A stretch of 64,000 bases of DNA from the NCBI GenBank assembly GCA_016839515.1, contig JAEOUE010000127.1, forward strand, positions 1 through 64,000, read 5' to 3'. Position 1 is the first letter of the stretch, and every line of letters starts with the position of its first letter. Source of the stretch: Candidatus Hodarchaeum mangrovi (lineage in GTDB: Archaea; Asgardarchaeota; Heimdallarchaeia; Hodarchaeales; Hodarchaeaceae). Shown piece after piece: positions 47,568-56,705 of this stretch. The position numbers were made by a program, and so were the translations under genes. Below the pieces are notes generated by a model. That model was not told where the DNA came from. It did no database searches and saw only the letters and a list, made by a program, of their open reading frames with translations.

Positions 47568-50315
47568 TCAATGTAAAGCCTGTAAAATATCATTATAATC
47601 ATCCCCAATACTTGAAACACCACCTGAAACGATCTCATCTGCCAAGAGTTTTGCGCTCTGTTTATCTAATTGTGAATTATTATTACTACACCGTGGTAAG
47701 AAAACACATCGGGGACAACCTTCTTTACAAGAACAATCAAGGATAGAAATAATTCGATTAAACAATTCTTCTAAGTGTTGAAGTAGCATTGCACACACCC
47801 CTGATCCAGATCCTTGATCAAAAAGTAAAATATAACCAGAAGGTAACAATGTTAAACCTCCAATCTCTGTTAATTGTCCCCCAATAAAAGGAAGACTAGC
47901 ATGAAGAAGAACATGAACCAATGTGTGCAAACCGGAAGCTAAACTGGATTGATCTTGGATATGGAGCTGTGGTACTTTAAATAATATTCCTTTAGATCGT
48001 GATGAATAAAAAAGGGGATCCTGTAGCTTTTGGACACTGGTACCAGAGGGAATTTCCAAGGTATAACCATAAACAGTCCATAATATTTTGACTTCAACAT
48101 AACCAGCTTCGATTCCTAAAACGACCTGTTTCTTCAAAATAGAGAGGATCTCTGGTTTCATAGAAGAGAGGGGAAAAGTGGATCCCCAAACATTTTTTGG
48201 TTTAATTAATTCAGCACTTCCTCTTAAACCACTAAAATAAAAACTAGAAACTTTATAGCGGATTCCTCCTGCGTAATAGAATGCTCCAGGGTGTAGTTCA
48301 AACATCGCAAGTGGCATGGCTCTTCGACCAATAGTTTTTCCTCCCTTCAATCGGATAAAAACTTCATGATTTTTTCCACGAATTGAATATCTCTGAGCTT
48401 TTTCTCTACCAGCTTCTGTTGGAGTGAGCCATATCTCATCTTTCACCATTAAGTAGTTCTCTTTGACCAATCTATTCAATACAGTATAAAAAGGAGGAAA
48501 TTCTAAGGGACTAATTGATATATCGCGATCTAACGCCGTACAAAGGAGCTGATGTTCTGCAACAAATGGATTTGAAGGATCGAAGTACACATCCTCAACA
48601 TCAGTATAATATGTTGCTGGGTTTTCCAGATAAAATTGACTTATTGGATCATCAGCATTCAGGAGAATAATAGCAATAGCTTCTTGACCTGATCGTCCAG
48701 CACGACCAATTCGCTGCATAGCACGATTAACAGCAATTGGAGGAGTTATTACAACATTGATATCTCCAATATCTATCCCTAATTCAAGGGTTGGTGTTGC
48801 TAAAAGTACATTCAATAACCCTTCACGAAAATTATGTTCGACCTCCTCTCTCATGCTTTTTGATAATCCTGCACGGTGTATAGCAACCTTTCGATCTTTT
48901 CCTCCAAGTTTTTGATAAAGGAATTCAACCTTACGATGGCTATCTTGAAAGATTAACATCTTACCATAAGATTTGATACTATTAACTAAAGACACTAAGC
49001 TATCGGTTGTAGATATAGATGGGTAAGGAGAAAGTATCAAAAAATGCAATTTACCTCTTTTTCCATTTTCGCATTCTATTACCTTAATTGGTCTCTCAAG
49101 CAACATTGATACGAAGTTTGATGCATTTGCTACAGTAGCTGAGGAACCAATGAATTGAATTTTGGTTTGAATGACTCTTTCTAACCTTTTCAAGATAAAA
49201 TACATATTGCTTCCTAAAGTTCCCGAGTAAGAATGTATTTCGTCTAGTATGACTAGTTTCACTGATGCTAATAGTTCTTGAAATCTTAAAGCGTTTTTTC
49301 CTATTCCTAAATGATAATTTAATATATCTGGGTTCGTGATCAGAATTTCAGGAGGATTAACATAAATTTTTTTTCTTTGATAATGACTAGTATCACCATC
49401 AAATACACTAACTGTTAATCCAACCTTTTCTGCGAGATCCACAATCTTTCGATGTTGATCCTTTGCAAGTGCTTTCATTGGATAGATAAGTAGCAACTGA
49501 ACTCCATAACCTTTGAATCTTTTCACTTTCTCTAAAGCTGGAAGGAGAAATGCTTCTGTTTTTCCATTTCCTGTTGGTGCTACAATACAAACATCTTCAC
49601 CTCGAATAATAATTTCAAATGCTTCTTTTTGAAACTTAAATAAGTGAGATATACCTTTTTCAATAAAAAATCGTTTTATCTCTGGATCTAGATCTGCCTT
49701 ATCAATTGAAATCCCATTTTCTCCTGACTGTTCTGGGAAAAGACGGTAATCGACAATTTGATGTTGATTATGATTTATAATTTTTCTAATTGGGAATGGA
49801 ATCTGTTCCATAGGAATATTATAGATAACAGCAAATGAATTTAAATTTAAAACTGTGGAAGGTGCAGTCTTTTTCAGTTGTAATCCATCTTGAAGTCCCA
49901 ATTCTTGAACTTGTGGAATAGGCTTCAATTTTCCTGAACTTTTCAAACGTAGTTTTGTTGCTTTTTGTAATTGTGGACTTCCTCCTCCGAAAGAATAGTA
50001 TTTTCTAAGACAAATTTCACCTTTCTGTATATCTTTTAACTTGAAATACAATTTACTTAATTCTTTCCAAGTTTGGCTATGAGTTCTATCAATTTCTAGA
50101 ATGCGTGCATAAAATTTCTTAGCTAATCCAACCTGTTTTAATTTAATTAATAATTGAGCGCATTCACTTAGAAGATCAAGAGGTATGCTATCTACTTTGA
50201 GAAATCGTTGAACTCGTTCTAAAAAATCTCTAACATTCTTTGTTTCTTGATATTCGGTATACCATTCGTAATATTGGGTCCAATAAGGGTGCTCCTTTAC
50301 TTTTAGTGTTGACAT
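47568..50315 (-). CDS. DUF1998 DEAH helicase (Hrq1/SftH/MrfA family) with N-terminal TPR
   Basis: APTGNGKT, YPMKALAKDQ, DGDT, DEIH, SSAT, TLELGIDIG, QRIGRAGR, ELHPGA, CSCKEGCPRC; TPR AKKFYARILEID...WKELSKLY. Confidence 0.92.
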   Translation of the reverse strand: MSTLKVKEHPYWTQYYEWYTEYQETKNVRDFLERVQRFLKVDSIPLDLLSECAQLLIKLKQVGLAKKFYARILEIDRTHSQTWKELSKLYFKLKDIQKGEICLRKYYSFGGGSPQLQKATKLRLKSSGKLKPIPQVQELGLQDGLQLKKTAPSTVLNLNSFAVIYNIPMEQIPFPIRKIINHNQHQIVDYRLFPEQSGENGISIDKADLDPEIKRFFIEKGISHLFKFQKEAFEIIIRGEDVCIVAPTGNGKTEAFLLPALEKVKRFKGYGVQLLLIYPMKALAKDQHRKIVDLAEKVGLTVSVFDGDTSHYQRKKIYVNPPEILITNPDILNYHLGIGKNALRFQELLASVKLVILDEIHSYSGTLGSNMYFILKRLERVIQTKIQFIGSSATVANASNFVSMLLERPIKVIECENGKRGKLHFLILSPYPSISTTDSLVSLVNSIKSYGKMLIFQDSHRKVEFLYQKLGGKDRKVAIHRAGLSKSMREEVEHNFREGLLNVLLATPTLELGIDIGDINVVITPPIAVNRAMQRIGRAGRSGQEAIAIILLNADDPISQFYLENPATYYTDVEDVYFDPSNPFVAEHQLLCTALDRDISISPLEFPPFYTVLNRLVKENYLMVKDEIWLTPTEAGREKAQRYSIRGKNHEVFIRLKGGKTIGRRAMPLAMFELHPGAFYYAGGIRYKVSSFYFSGLRGSAELIKPKNVWGSTFPLSSMKPEILSILKKQVVLGIEAGYVEVKILWTVYGYTLEIPSGTSVQKLQDPLFYSSRSKGILFKVPQLHIQDQSSLASGLHTLVHVLLHASLPFIGGQLTEIGGLTLLPSGYILLFDQGSGSGVCAMLLQHLEELFNRIISILDCSCKEGCPRCVFLPRCSNNNSQLDKQSAKLLADEIVSGGVSSIGDDYNDILQALH

Positions 50316-50412
50316 AACTACTTCAGTAGCTATTGACCTTTTAGCTTAAGTATTCAAAACCAATGTTGCTACTTTTCCAAGGGATTTTGTCTTCCCATTC
50401 TAAAAATCATTT

Positions 50413-50429
50413 TTTCGAATATATAAACT
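50413..50429 (+). promoter_or_regulatory. TATA-containing 17-mer identical to 27703-27719
   Basis: TTTCGAATATATAAACT ~50 nt upstream of the luxE-like ATG. Confidence 0.55.
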
Positions 50430-50477
50430 AAATGAGTATTATTGTCTACTGAATAGAAATATTCAAGATATAGGAGT

Positions 50478-51914
50478 ATGAAGATTGTGATAATAAGCCA
50501 AAAAATCCTCAGAGATGAGACTTATTCTCATTTTTTGAATGATCCATCCAATTTTGTAAAGGCATCTAATGAGGACCTGTGGTCTCTCGACCCAACTATT
50601 ATTATTCAAATCCAACTTGAACATCTTAAAAAACGCTTTAATTATTTTTTCTCCCGAATTCAGGCTTTAAAGATATTAGCTTCAGAACAGGGAATTTCAA
50701 AAATTGAAACATTGGAAGATATAATACCTATACTCTTTAGTCATACGGTTTATAAGTCTTATCCACTCTCTTTAATTGAAAAAAAACGATTTCATTCCCT
50801 TACTCAGTGGTTAGATAAATTGACTATCCACAACCTGTCCATAATAGATACATCAAACTGTAATACTATTGATGAATGGCTAGAACGTTTAGAACAGCAA
50901 TCAGATCTACAAGTAGTTCATTCCTCCGGTACATCTGGGAAATTATCTTTTCTTCCCCGAAGTGAATCAGAAATGGAGAATTTTAAAAATGCATTTTACT
51001 TATTTGTTGAAGTTTTAACAGGGGTAGATGCTCATGTCACGAATCTTCCAGTTTTCTTTCCAAGTTATCAGAATGGTCGTCAATTAGCTCAACGTGTTCT
51101 AGGAAGATATGGCCCTTTACTTGCTGGATCTCTAGATGAATATCATACTGCATTTCCAGGTTTTATGTCTGCAGACTTCATGTCATTAGCAGGAAGGGTG
51201 CAAGCAGCTAAATCAAAAGGAGAACTTGGGAAGCTTCAAATGATTAAGGCTGTAACCTATAATAAAGGAGAATTACTGAAATTGAAAAGAAATAGATCTA
51301 AATTTCTAGATGAGTTTTTTCAAAATATGATAGAAAATTATCATGGAAAACAGGTATTTTTGATGGGTACGTTCCCTACTCTTATTGAAGCAGCATTTGA
51401 AGGTGAGAAACGAGGATTACGATCTATCTTTGCCCCCAATAGTGCTATTGTAACTGGAGGAGGCATGAAAGGAAAAAAATATCCTGAAGATTGGTACAAA
51501 AGGACATGTGCTTTTTATGGCGTAAAAGCTATTAGAGATGGATATGGGATGACTGAAACAACTGGATATATGCCAAGTTGTGAGCTTAACCATTATCATA
51601 TTTATCCCTTCTTAATCCCCTTTGTATTAGATCCACAAACAGGTACATCTCTCCCTCGAATTGGTAGTCAAACTGGTCGTTTTGCCTTCTATGATCTGCT
51701 CACCGAGAGCTATTGGGGTGGTTTTATTACTGGTGATGAAGTTACCCTTAATTTCACGGATCAATGTAATTGTGGACGAAAAGGTCCTTGGCTTGAAAAA
51801 AAAATCCAACGTTATAGTGAAAAACAAAATGGCGATGATAAGATAAGTTGTGCTGGTGTCCAAGACGCTTATGATAATTTCATTGATTATCTTTTAGAAT
51901 CCTTAGAGGAATAA
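50478..51914 (+). CDS. luxE: LuxE-like acyl-protein synthetase
   Basis: HTVYKSY, SSGTSGK, GGGMKG, YGMTE, FITGD, CNCGR, DKISCAG; paired with luxC. Confidence 0.75.
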   Translation: MKIVIISQKILRDETYSHFLNDPSNFVKASNEDLWSLDPTIIIQIQLEHLKKRFNYFFSRIQALKILASEQGISKIETLEDIIPILFSHTVYKSYPLSLIEKKRFHSLTQWLDKLTIHNLSIIDTSNCNTIDEWLERLEQQSDLQVVHSSGTSGKLSFLPRSESEMENFKNAFYLFVEVLTGVDAHVTNLPVFFPSYQNGRQLAQRVLGRYGPLLAGSLDEYHTAFPGFMSADFMSLAGRVQAAKSKGELGKLQMIKAVTYNKGELLKLKRNRSKFLDEFFQNMIENYHGKQVFLMGTFPTLIEAAFEGEKRGLRSIFAPNSAIVTGGGMKGKKYPEDWYKRTCAFYGVKAIRDGYGMTETTGYMPSCELNHYHIYPFLIPFVLDPQTGTSLPRIGSQTGRFAFYDLLTESYWGGFITGDEVTLNFTDQCNCGRKGPWLEKKIQRYSEKQNGDDKISCAGVQDAYDNFIDYLLESLEE

Positions 51915-51943
51915 TCCACCCTATTCATCTTCTTGGTGAGTAT

Positions 51944-53416
51944 ATGCAGTTAATCTATCCCTTTAAATCTTCTGTTGAAACAATAAAATTAGATGAATCA
52001 TATCAGATTCCTATTATTGCTAGAGGACGTGTAATTACAGAATATTCGCAATCTTTTGGGGGAAGATATGGAGCTACGACTTTTATCACCCCAGATTGTA
52101 AAAAATATTTACAATCAATTGTTCAATCTAATCCTTCTGCTTTAAAAGGACTTTACAATCTGTCAATTGATGAAATTCTTGATTTTTTACATGATTTTGG
52201 CCAACATTTGACTTTAGGAGAGAATGAATATTTGAATCAAGCATTTGAGCATAGTTGTGAAGCATCAGGTCTCACAGCTCCAGTTTTAAGAAATATATAT
52301 GATTCTCTTTCTCTTTTCCTTAATAAAAATGTTCTTCGTGAGATGCTTGAAAAAAGAATTGGTATTCGTTATCTTGAAGAATGGGTTCCAACTGAGTTAA
52401 TTGACGGACGCACTGTTTATATCAGAGCTTTTGGATCAAGGACAGTTCATATTATCGCAGGCAATGTTCCTCTTGTTGCAGTAGGAACTATTGCACGTAG
52501 CTGTGCTACTCGATGTGATACTATCATTAAACTTCCGTCTAATGACCCTTTTACAGCAATTGCACTGGTTCGTACAATGATTGACATGGAACCAAATCAC
52601 CCTATCACTAAATCCATTTCAGTAGCTTATTGGAAAGGTGGAGATGTTAATTTTGAGCAGAAATTATATAGACCTGAAAATATTGAGAAAATTATTGCAT
52701 GGGGGGGATTTGCTTCCATAAAGCATATTACGCGCTATTTACAGCCAGGAATTGATCTTATTACATTAGATCCAAAATTAAGTACCTCAATTATAGGTAT
52801 GGAAGCTTTTTCTGATGAAAATACTCTCCGTACTGTAGCCCAGCGTGCTGCAATTGATGTTGGAGCTTTTAATCAGGAAGCTTGTGTGAATAGTAGAATA
52901 ATTTACGTCCAATCAGGTACCGATCCTGAAGGTATCAAAAAATTGAATATATTGGCCGCTTACCTTTACTATTCTCTACTAAAACTTCCTAGCAATGTTT
53001 CTACCCCCAGTAAGGCGATAAATCCTGAAGTGAATGCATTAATTGATGGATTACGTCTTAATAACGATTTTTACAGAATTTTCGGTGGCGAAAATAATGA
53101 AGGATGTGTCATTGTCTCTCAGTTTGATGAACCAGTTGATTTTTCAACCAAGCTTTGTGGTCGTATTGTAAATTTAGTACCCATCGATGATTTACAAACT
53201 GCGATTAAATCAGTAAATAGTTATACACAAACTGTTGGAGTTTATCCTGAACAGCTGAAAAAGGAAATTCGTGACGATTTAATATTACACGGTGTCCAAC
53301 GAATTGTTAGTTTAGGTTTTGCTACCATGGGTTCATTTGGTACTCCTCAAGATGGTATTGAACCTCTACGTCGTATATGCAAATGGATTATGGATGAATC
53401 AAGTATACCTTCTTAA
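51944..53416 (+). CDS. luxC: LuxC-like acyl-CoA reductase
   Basis: HIIAGNVP, KLPSND, YWKGG, AWGG, DPKLS, NQEACVNSR, QTVG, GVQRI, QDG. Confidence 0.88.
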   Translation: MQLIYPFKSSVETIKLDESYQIPIIARGRVITEYSQSFGGRYGATTFITPDCKKYLQSIVQSNPSALKGLYNLSIDEILDFLHDFGQHLTLGENEYLNQAFEHSCEASGLTAPVLRNIYDSLSLFLNKNVLREMLEKRIGIRYLEEWVPTELIDGRTVYIRAFGSRTVHIIAGNVPLVAVGTIARSCATRCDTIIKLPSNDPFTAIALVRTMIDMEPNHPITKSISVAYWKGGDVNFEQKLYRPENIEKIIAWGGFASIKHITRYLQPGIDLITLDPKLSTSIIGMEAFSDENTLRTVAQRAAIDVGAFNQEACVNSRIIYVQSGTDPEGIKKLNILAAYLYYSLLKLPSNVSTPSKAINPEVNALIDGLRLNNDFYRIFGGENNEGCVIVSQFDEPVDFSTKLCGRIVNLVPIDDLQTAIKSVNSYTQTVGVYPEQLKKEIRDDLILHGVQRIVSLGFATMGSFGTPQDGIEPLRRICKWIMDESSIPS

Positions 53417-53503
53417 ATGATTTCCAGTTTTTTTCTCTGTTTGCAGTAAACAAATCCTTTTTTATATGATAATATTTTTGTATTTTAAAAGAGGTTTTAT
53501 TAT

Positions 53504-54154
53504 ATGAATCAGGAGTCTCCTTCTCCTCCTTCTCTTCGCAATATCTTGAATGAAATAAACTCTTTATCAGGATATCGTCGTGCAGAAATAATAAAACAAT
53601 TAGGTCAAATGGATCTTCAAATTCAAGATATACCACTAGAAATCCATACAGCTTTAGAAAAAGCGCTTTTAGATCCAATGCCCGAGGTCCGAAAGGAAAC
53701 AATTATGGCTTTAACTTTTTTAGAGGGAAATATTGCCTTTCCTTTAATAGAACCGCTTTTAGAAGATCCAGAAATTTCAGTTGTAGGTACAGTGATAGCT
53801 GCTATTGGTTTTCTGAAATTTAATCCTTCTCCTGAACTTATTAATAAATTAATTGCATTCATGAGCTCACCTAATCCAGAGATCCGAGATAGAACAGCAA
53901 GAGCCATTGGACGATTAAAGATCCAAAGCGCATCAGAGTCACTTATTAACTTAGCTAGTAATGATCCTTCTCCTGTAGTCCGTGCAGGAGCATTAGTTGG
54001 TCTTGGAATGCTTGGGAAGAATAGTGATCCAAGCGATCAAACACTATACTATAAACTTCTTCAATTGTTAGAATCTGAGACTTCACATCTAGTTATATCA
54101 GCAATTAAAGAGACTTTGACCATTATTAAGAATCCATTGGACACTGATCGCTAA
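53504..54154 (+). CDS. HEAT/PBS-lyase-like repeat protein
   Basis: LLDPMPEVR, SPNPEIRDRTARAIG, NDPSPVVRAGAL repeats. Confidence 0.88.
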   Translation: MNQESPSPPSLRNILNEINSLSGYRRAEIIKQLGQMDLQIQDIPLEIHTALEKALLDPMPEVRKETIMALTFLEGNIAFPLIEPLLEDPEISVVGTVIAAIGFLKFNPSPELINKLIAFMSSPNPEIRDRTARAIGRLKIQSASESLINLASNDPSPVVRAGALVGLGMLGKNSDPSDQTLYYKLLQLLESETSHLVISAIKETLTIIKNPLDTDR

Positions 54155-54167
54155 TAGAACGTCTAAA

Positions 54168-55133
54168 TTAGCTAAGTTCAACCCATTGCTCTGGGGAAAA
54201 CCATCCATGGGTTCTCTTTTCTTCAAGTATTTCATCACGAAAATCAGGGAAAAAATAGGTTACACCTCCCATTATACTCTCAATACTTTTTAACCCTGCT
54301 AGATCAGACAGGAAATTATGGACTTTGTCAATTTCTGAATAAGAGGAACACAAGAAGCCAATAATTAACACCTGATAATCTATTACTCTCCATGATTTCC
54401 AAAAGCTTCCTTTAAACTTTTCTCTAAGTTCCCATTCAAGCTCTTCTTGTAAAAGCTGAGTTAATAGGTCTAAAGTCAAACAAAAAACTGTAAATGATTC
54501 TTTTTTGGATTGTGCAGGATTGATGTAAATAGTTTCGTCGATTAATCCAGCCTGTCGAAGGAAATATAATCTATCAGCGATGACTTCAACATCAATTTTA
54601 GTTCTAATTGAAAGTTCTTGAATGGAAAGACGCCCTTGTTCTCTGAGATGTGATAAAATAAGCCAATCCACCTTCTCAAAGACATGTGTACCACGCATTT
54701 CAGGATAAGGATGAATAGCTGAGGGGGATCGTTGCAACCGAAAGATCCGTAGATCAATGAAATTTTTGTGAAATTGGCCAAAATGGTTCAGTAGGTCAGA
54801 AAGATCATCTTCATTGCGGTAATGGATCATAGCAAAACCTTCAGTATGATCTTTTGACATTGAAATATATTCTACACACGATTGAACTCCGAGAAGGGTC
54901 ACTCTTTCAGTCACAAGAGGGATATTTGACCTGAAAAATAGGAAAGCATCATTTCCGAATATTAAAGGAGAAGGGACAACAGTAAACTTCAAAATTAATC
55001 GATCATTAACCATCTGTCTGATACGAGATCCCACTTCATTAGTTGATATTTTAAGTTTCGTTGCTAAATCAGTAAAAGAAATTCTACAGTTCTTTGACAG
55101 CTCGAATATCAAAGTTCGGTCAATTATGTCCAT
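54168..55133 (-). CDS. Tandem Lrp/AsnC-type wHTH regulator
   Basis: MDIIDRTLIFELSKNCRISFTDLA and VDWLILSHLREQGRLSIQELS. Confidence 0.85.
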   Translation of the reverse strand: MDIIDRTLIFELSKNCRISFTDLATKLKISTNEVGSRIRQMVNDRLILKFTVVPSPLIFGNDAFLFFRSNIPLVTERVTLLGVQSCVEYISMSKDHTEGFAMIHYRNEDDLSDLLNHFGQFHKNFIDLRIFRLQRSPSAIHPYPEMRGTHVFEKVDWLILSHLREQGRLSIQELSIRTKIDVEVIADRLYFLRQAGLIDETIYINPAQSKKESFTVFCLTLDLLTQLLQEELEWELREKFKGSFWKSWRVIDYQVLIIGFLCSSYSEIDKVHNFLSDLAGLKSIESIMGGVTYFFPDFRDEILEEKRTHGWFSPEQWVELS

Positions 55134-55144
55134 GATTTCACCTA

Positions 55145-55164
55145 TCTGTTAAAATCTGTTAAAA
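55145..55164. repeat. Tandem 10-bp repeat TCTGTTAAAA x2 just upstream of the Lrp-like gene
   Basis: Directly visible in the sequence. Confidence 0.5.
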
Positions 55165-55580
55165 TTCTTCAATTATTATTATTCCTTCCATTCCTTCATA
55201 AATAAAACATTTGAATAATTGTATTATATTATTTAAATTCTATCGAATTTGTATTACTTATCAGACTTCAAAAGGTTTTTCTGATTAGTAACAAAACAAC
55301 TAATTTTATTGTAATTAAATCTTTTTTAATATAAGTTCAGACTTTAATATGAATATTTATTTGTTGACGATCATATTGATATGTTTGTAGTTAATCATCT
55401 AGGATATTTTTTCTAGGTACTCTTATTTAATAATTGCAGTAGGGATAACATTTTTATACTTGTTGATTGTTGATTGTTGATGATCATCAACAAATATTTT
55501 ATCTCAACTAGATGGCTAATATGCCTCAATGAGAATAGATGAGTATTATCTACCTTAAAAGAGAGAAAAATAACCCTTAA

Positions 55581-55847
55581 GTGATTAAAATGGCAATTAC
55601 TGAACAAAGTAATCAAATCGGAACTGAAGAATTCGAGCATGTAGTAAATCATCTTCCTAAATCAGCCCGTGAGATCTTTCGCGTTTTGAAACAAAATGGT
55701 GCCCTGAAACCGCAAGAAATCGGGTCATATACCACACTTTCACATCGGACGATCCGATATGCTTTAAAAATTTTGGTAGATCATGAATATATCCAAAGAG
55801 TTCCTGATCTACACGATTTACGCTCTCACTTCTACACTATAAACTAG
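55581..55847 (+). CDS. Small winged-helix DNA-binding protein
   Basis: LPKSAREIFRVL...TLSHRTIRYALKIL...DLRSHFY. Confidence 0.85.
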   Translation: MIKMAITEQSNQIGTEEFEHVVNHLPKSAREIFRVLKQNGALKPQEIGSYTTLSHRTIRYALKILVDHEYIQRVPDLHDLRSHFYTIN

Positions 55848-56049
55848 GAAAATTGAAATTATTCCTCCTTTAAGATATATTTTCAAAACAAGGCTATCAG
55901 ATACTTCATGGGATTTGATTGATCTCTGGTTTATATGAAACTATTGATCAATAAGAACAGAGAATTCACCTTTAATCTAATATAATATCAATTTACTATT
56001 CAAAAAAGTAATAAGTCAGTGTCTCTATCAGATTATGTAGGGTTTATGC

Positions 56050-56655
56050 ATGAATACTTCAGGAGATCCTCGCTCTAGTAACAAAAAACCAAATAAAAAT
56101 TCTCCTGAAATTGATTCTGGAACAACAAACAAAGATAATATTGATCAAATTTTTACTGATGTTGTTACAGAAATTCAAAAAACGAATGAGAACCTTCAAC
56201 TCATGATAAGGGGTCTTCACTCTGAGATTAAAGAACTAAAAGATGAAATTGAGTCAATTAGTAAGACAGTAGATGATTATATCCAGAAAGATATTAAAAG
56301 AAGTATAGATTCTCGCATTAAAGATATTTCTACCGGCCTAGATCTTCTTACAAACATTCCTACACATCTTCGAAGAACATTTGAAATGATATATACACAA
56401 GGAGGAAAGAAAGGATTATCTGCCAAGGAAGTTGCTGATAGGACCCAAAAAAGCCGTTCTCTTGAGAGTGATTATTTAAACCAATTAGTTGATCTTGGTT
56501 ATATATTAAAAGAAAAGGATGGAAAAAGTGTATTTTTCTTTTACGATTTTTCTGATCAAGAAGAAGATGAAAATGGAGTATCTCAATCAAATATTTTATC
56601 TGATGTCAACGGAGCAAAGACAACAGTTTCATCAGTAAAAAAAAATAATAATTAA
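56050..56655 (+). CDS. Coiled-coil + winged-helix protein
   Basis: Heptad region followed by SAKEVADRTQKSRSLESDYLNQLVDLGYI. Confidence 0.8.
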   Translation: MNTSGDPRSSNKKPNKNSPEIDSGTTNKDNIDQIFTDVVTEIQKTNENLQLMIRGLHSEIKELKDEIESISKTVDDYIQKDIKRSIDSRIKDISTGLDLLTNIPTHLRRTFEMIYTQGGKKGLSAKEVADRTQKSRSLESDYLNQLVDLGYILKEKDGKSVFFFYDFSDQEEDENGVSQSNILSDVNGAKTTVSSVKKNNN

Positions 56656-56705
56656 GGTAAAATAATAAATTAAAGAAGAATAAAAATTATATAGTTGGGA
56701 TTTCA

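Noticed and set aside
47568-50315. DISARM/Druantia-type defence system
   Set aside because: Helicase and DUF1998 are in one Hrq1-like polypeptide; no methylase, SNF2 or PLD partners.
27703-50429. Provirus or conjugative element
   Set aside because: No integrase, relaxase, capsid, terminase or replication initiator recognised; kept only as a low-score finding on the flanking repeats.
50478-53416. Bioluminescence operon
   Set aside because: No luxA, luxB, luxD or luxG adjacent.
55134-55580. Replication origin
   Set aside because: AT-rich, but no ORB-like G-string repeats and no cdc6/orc1 gene nearby.
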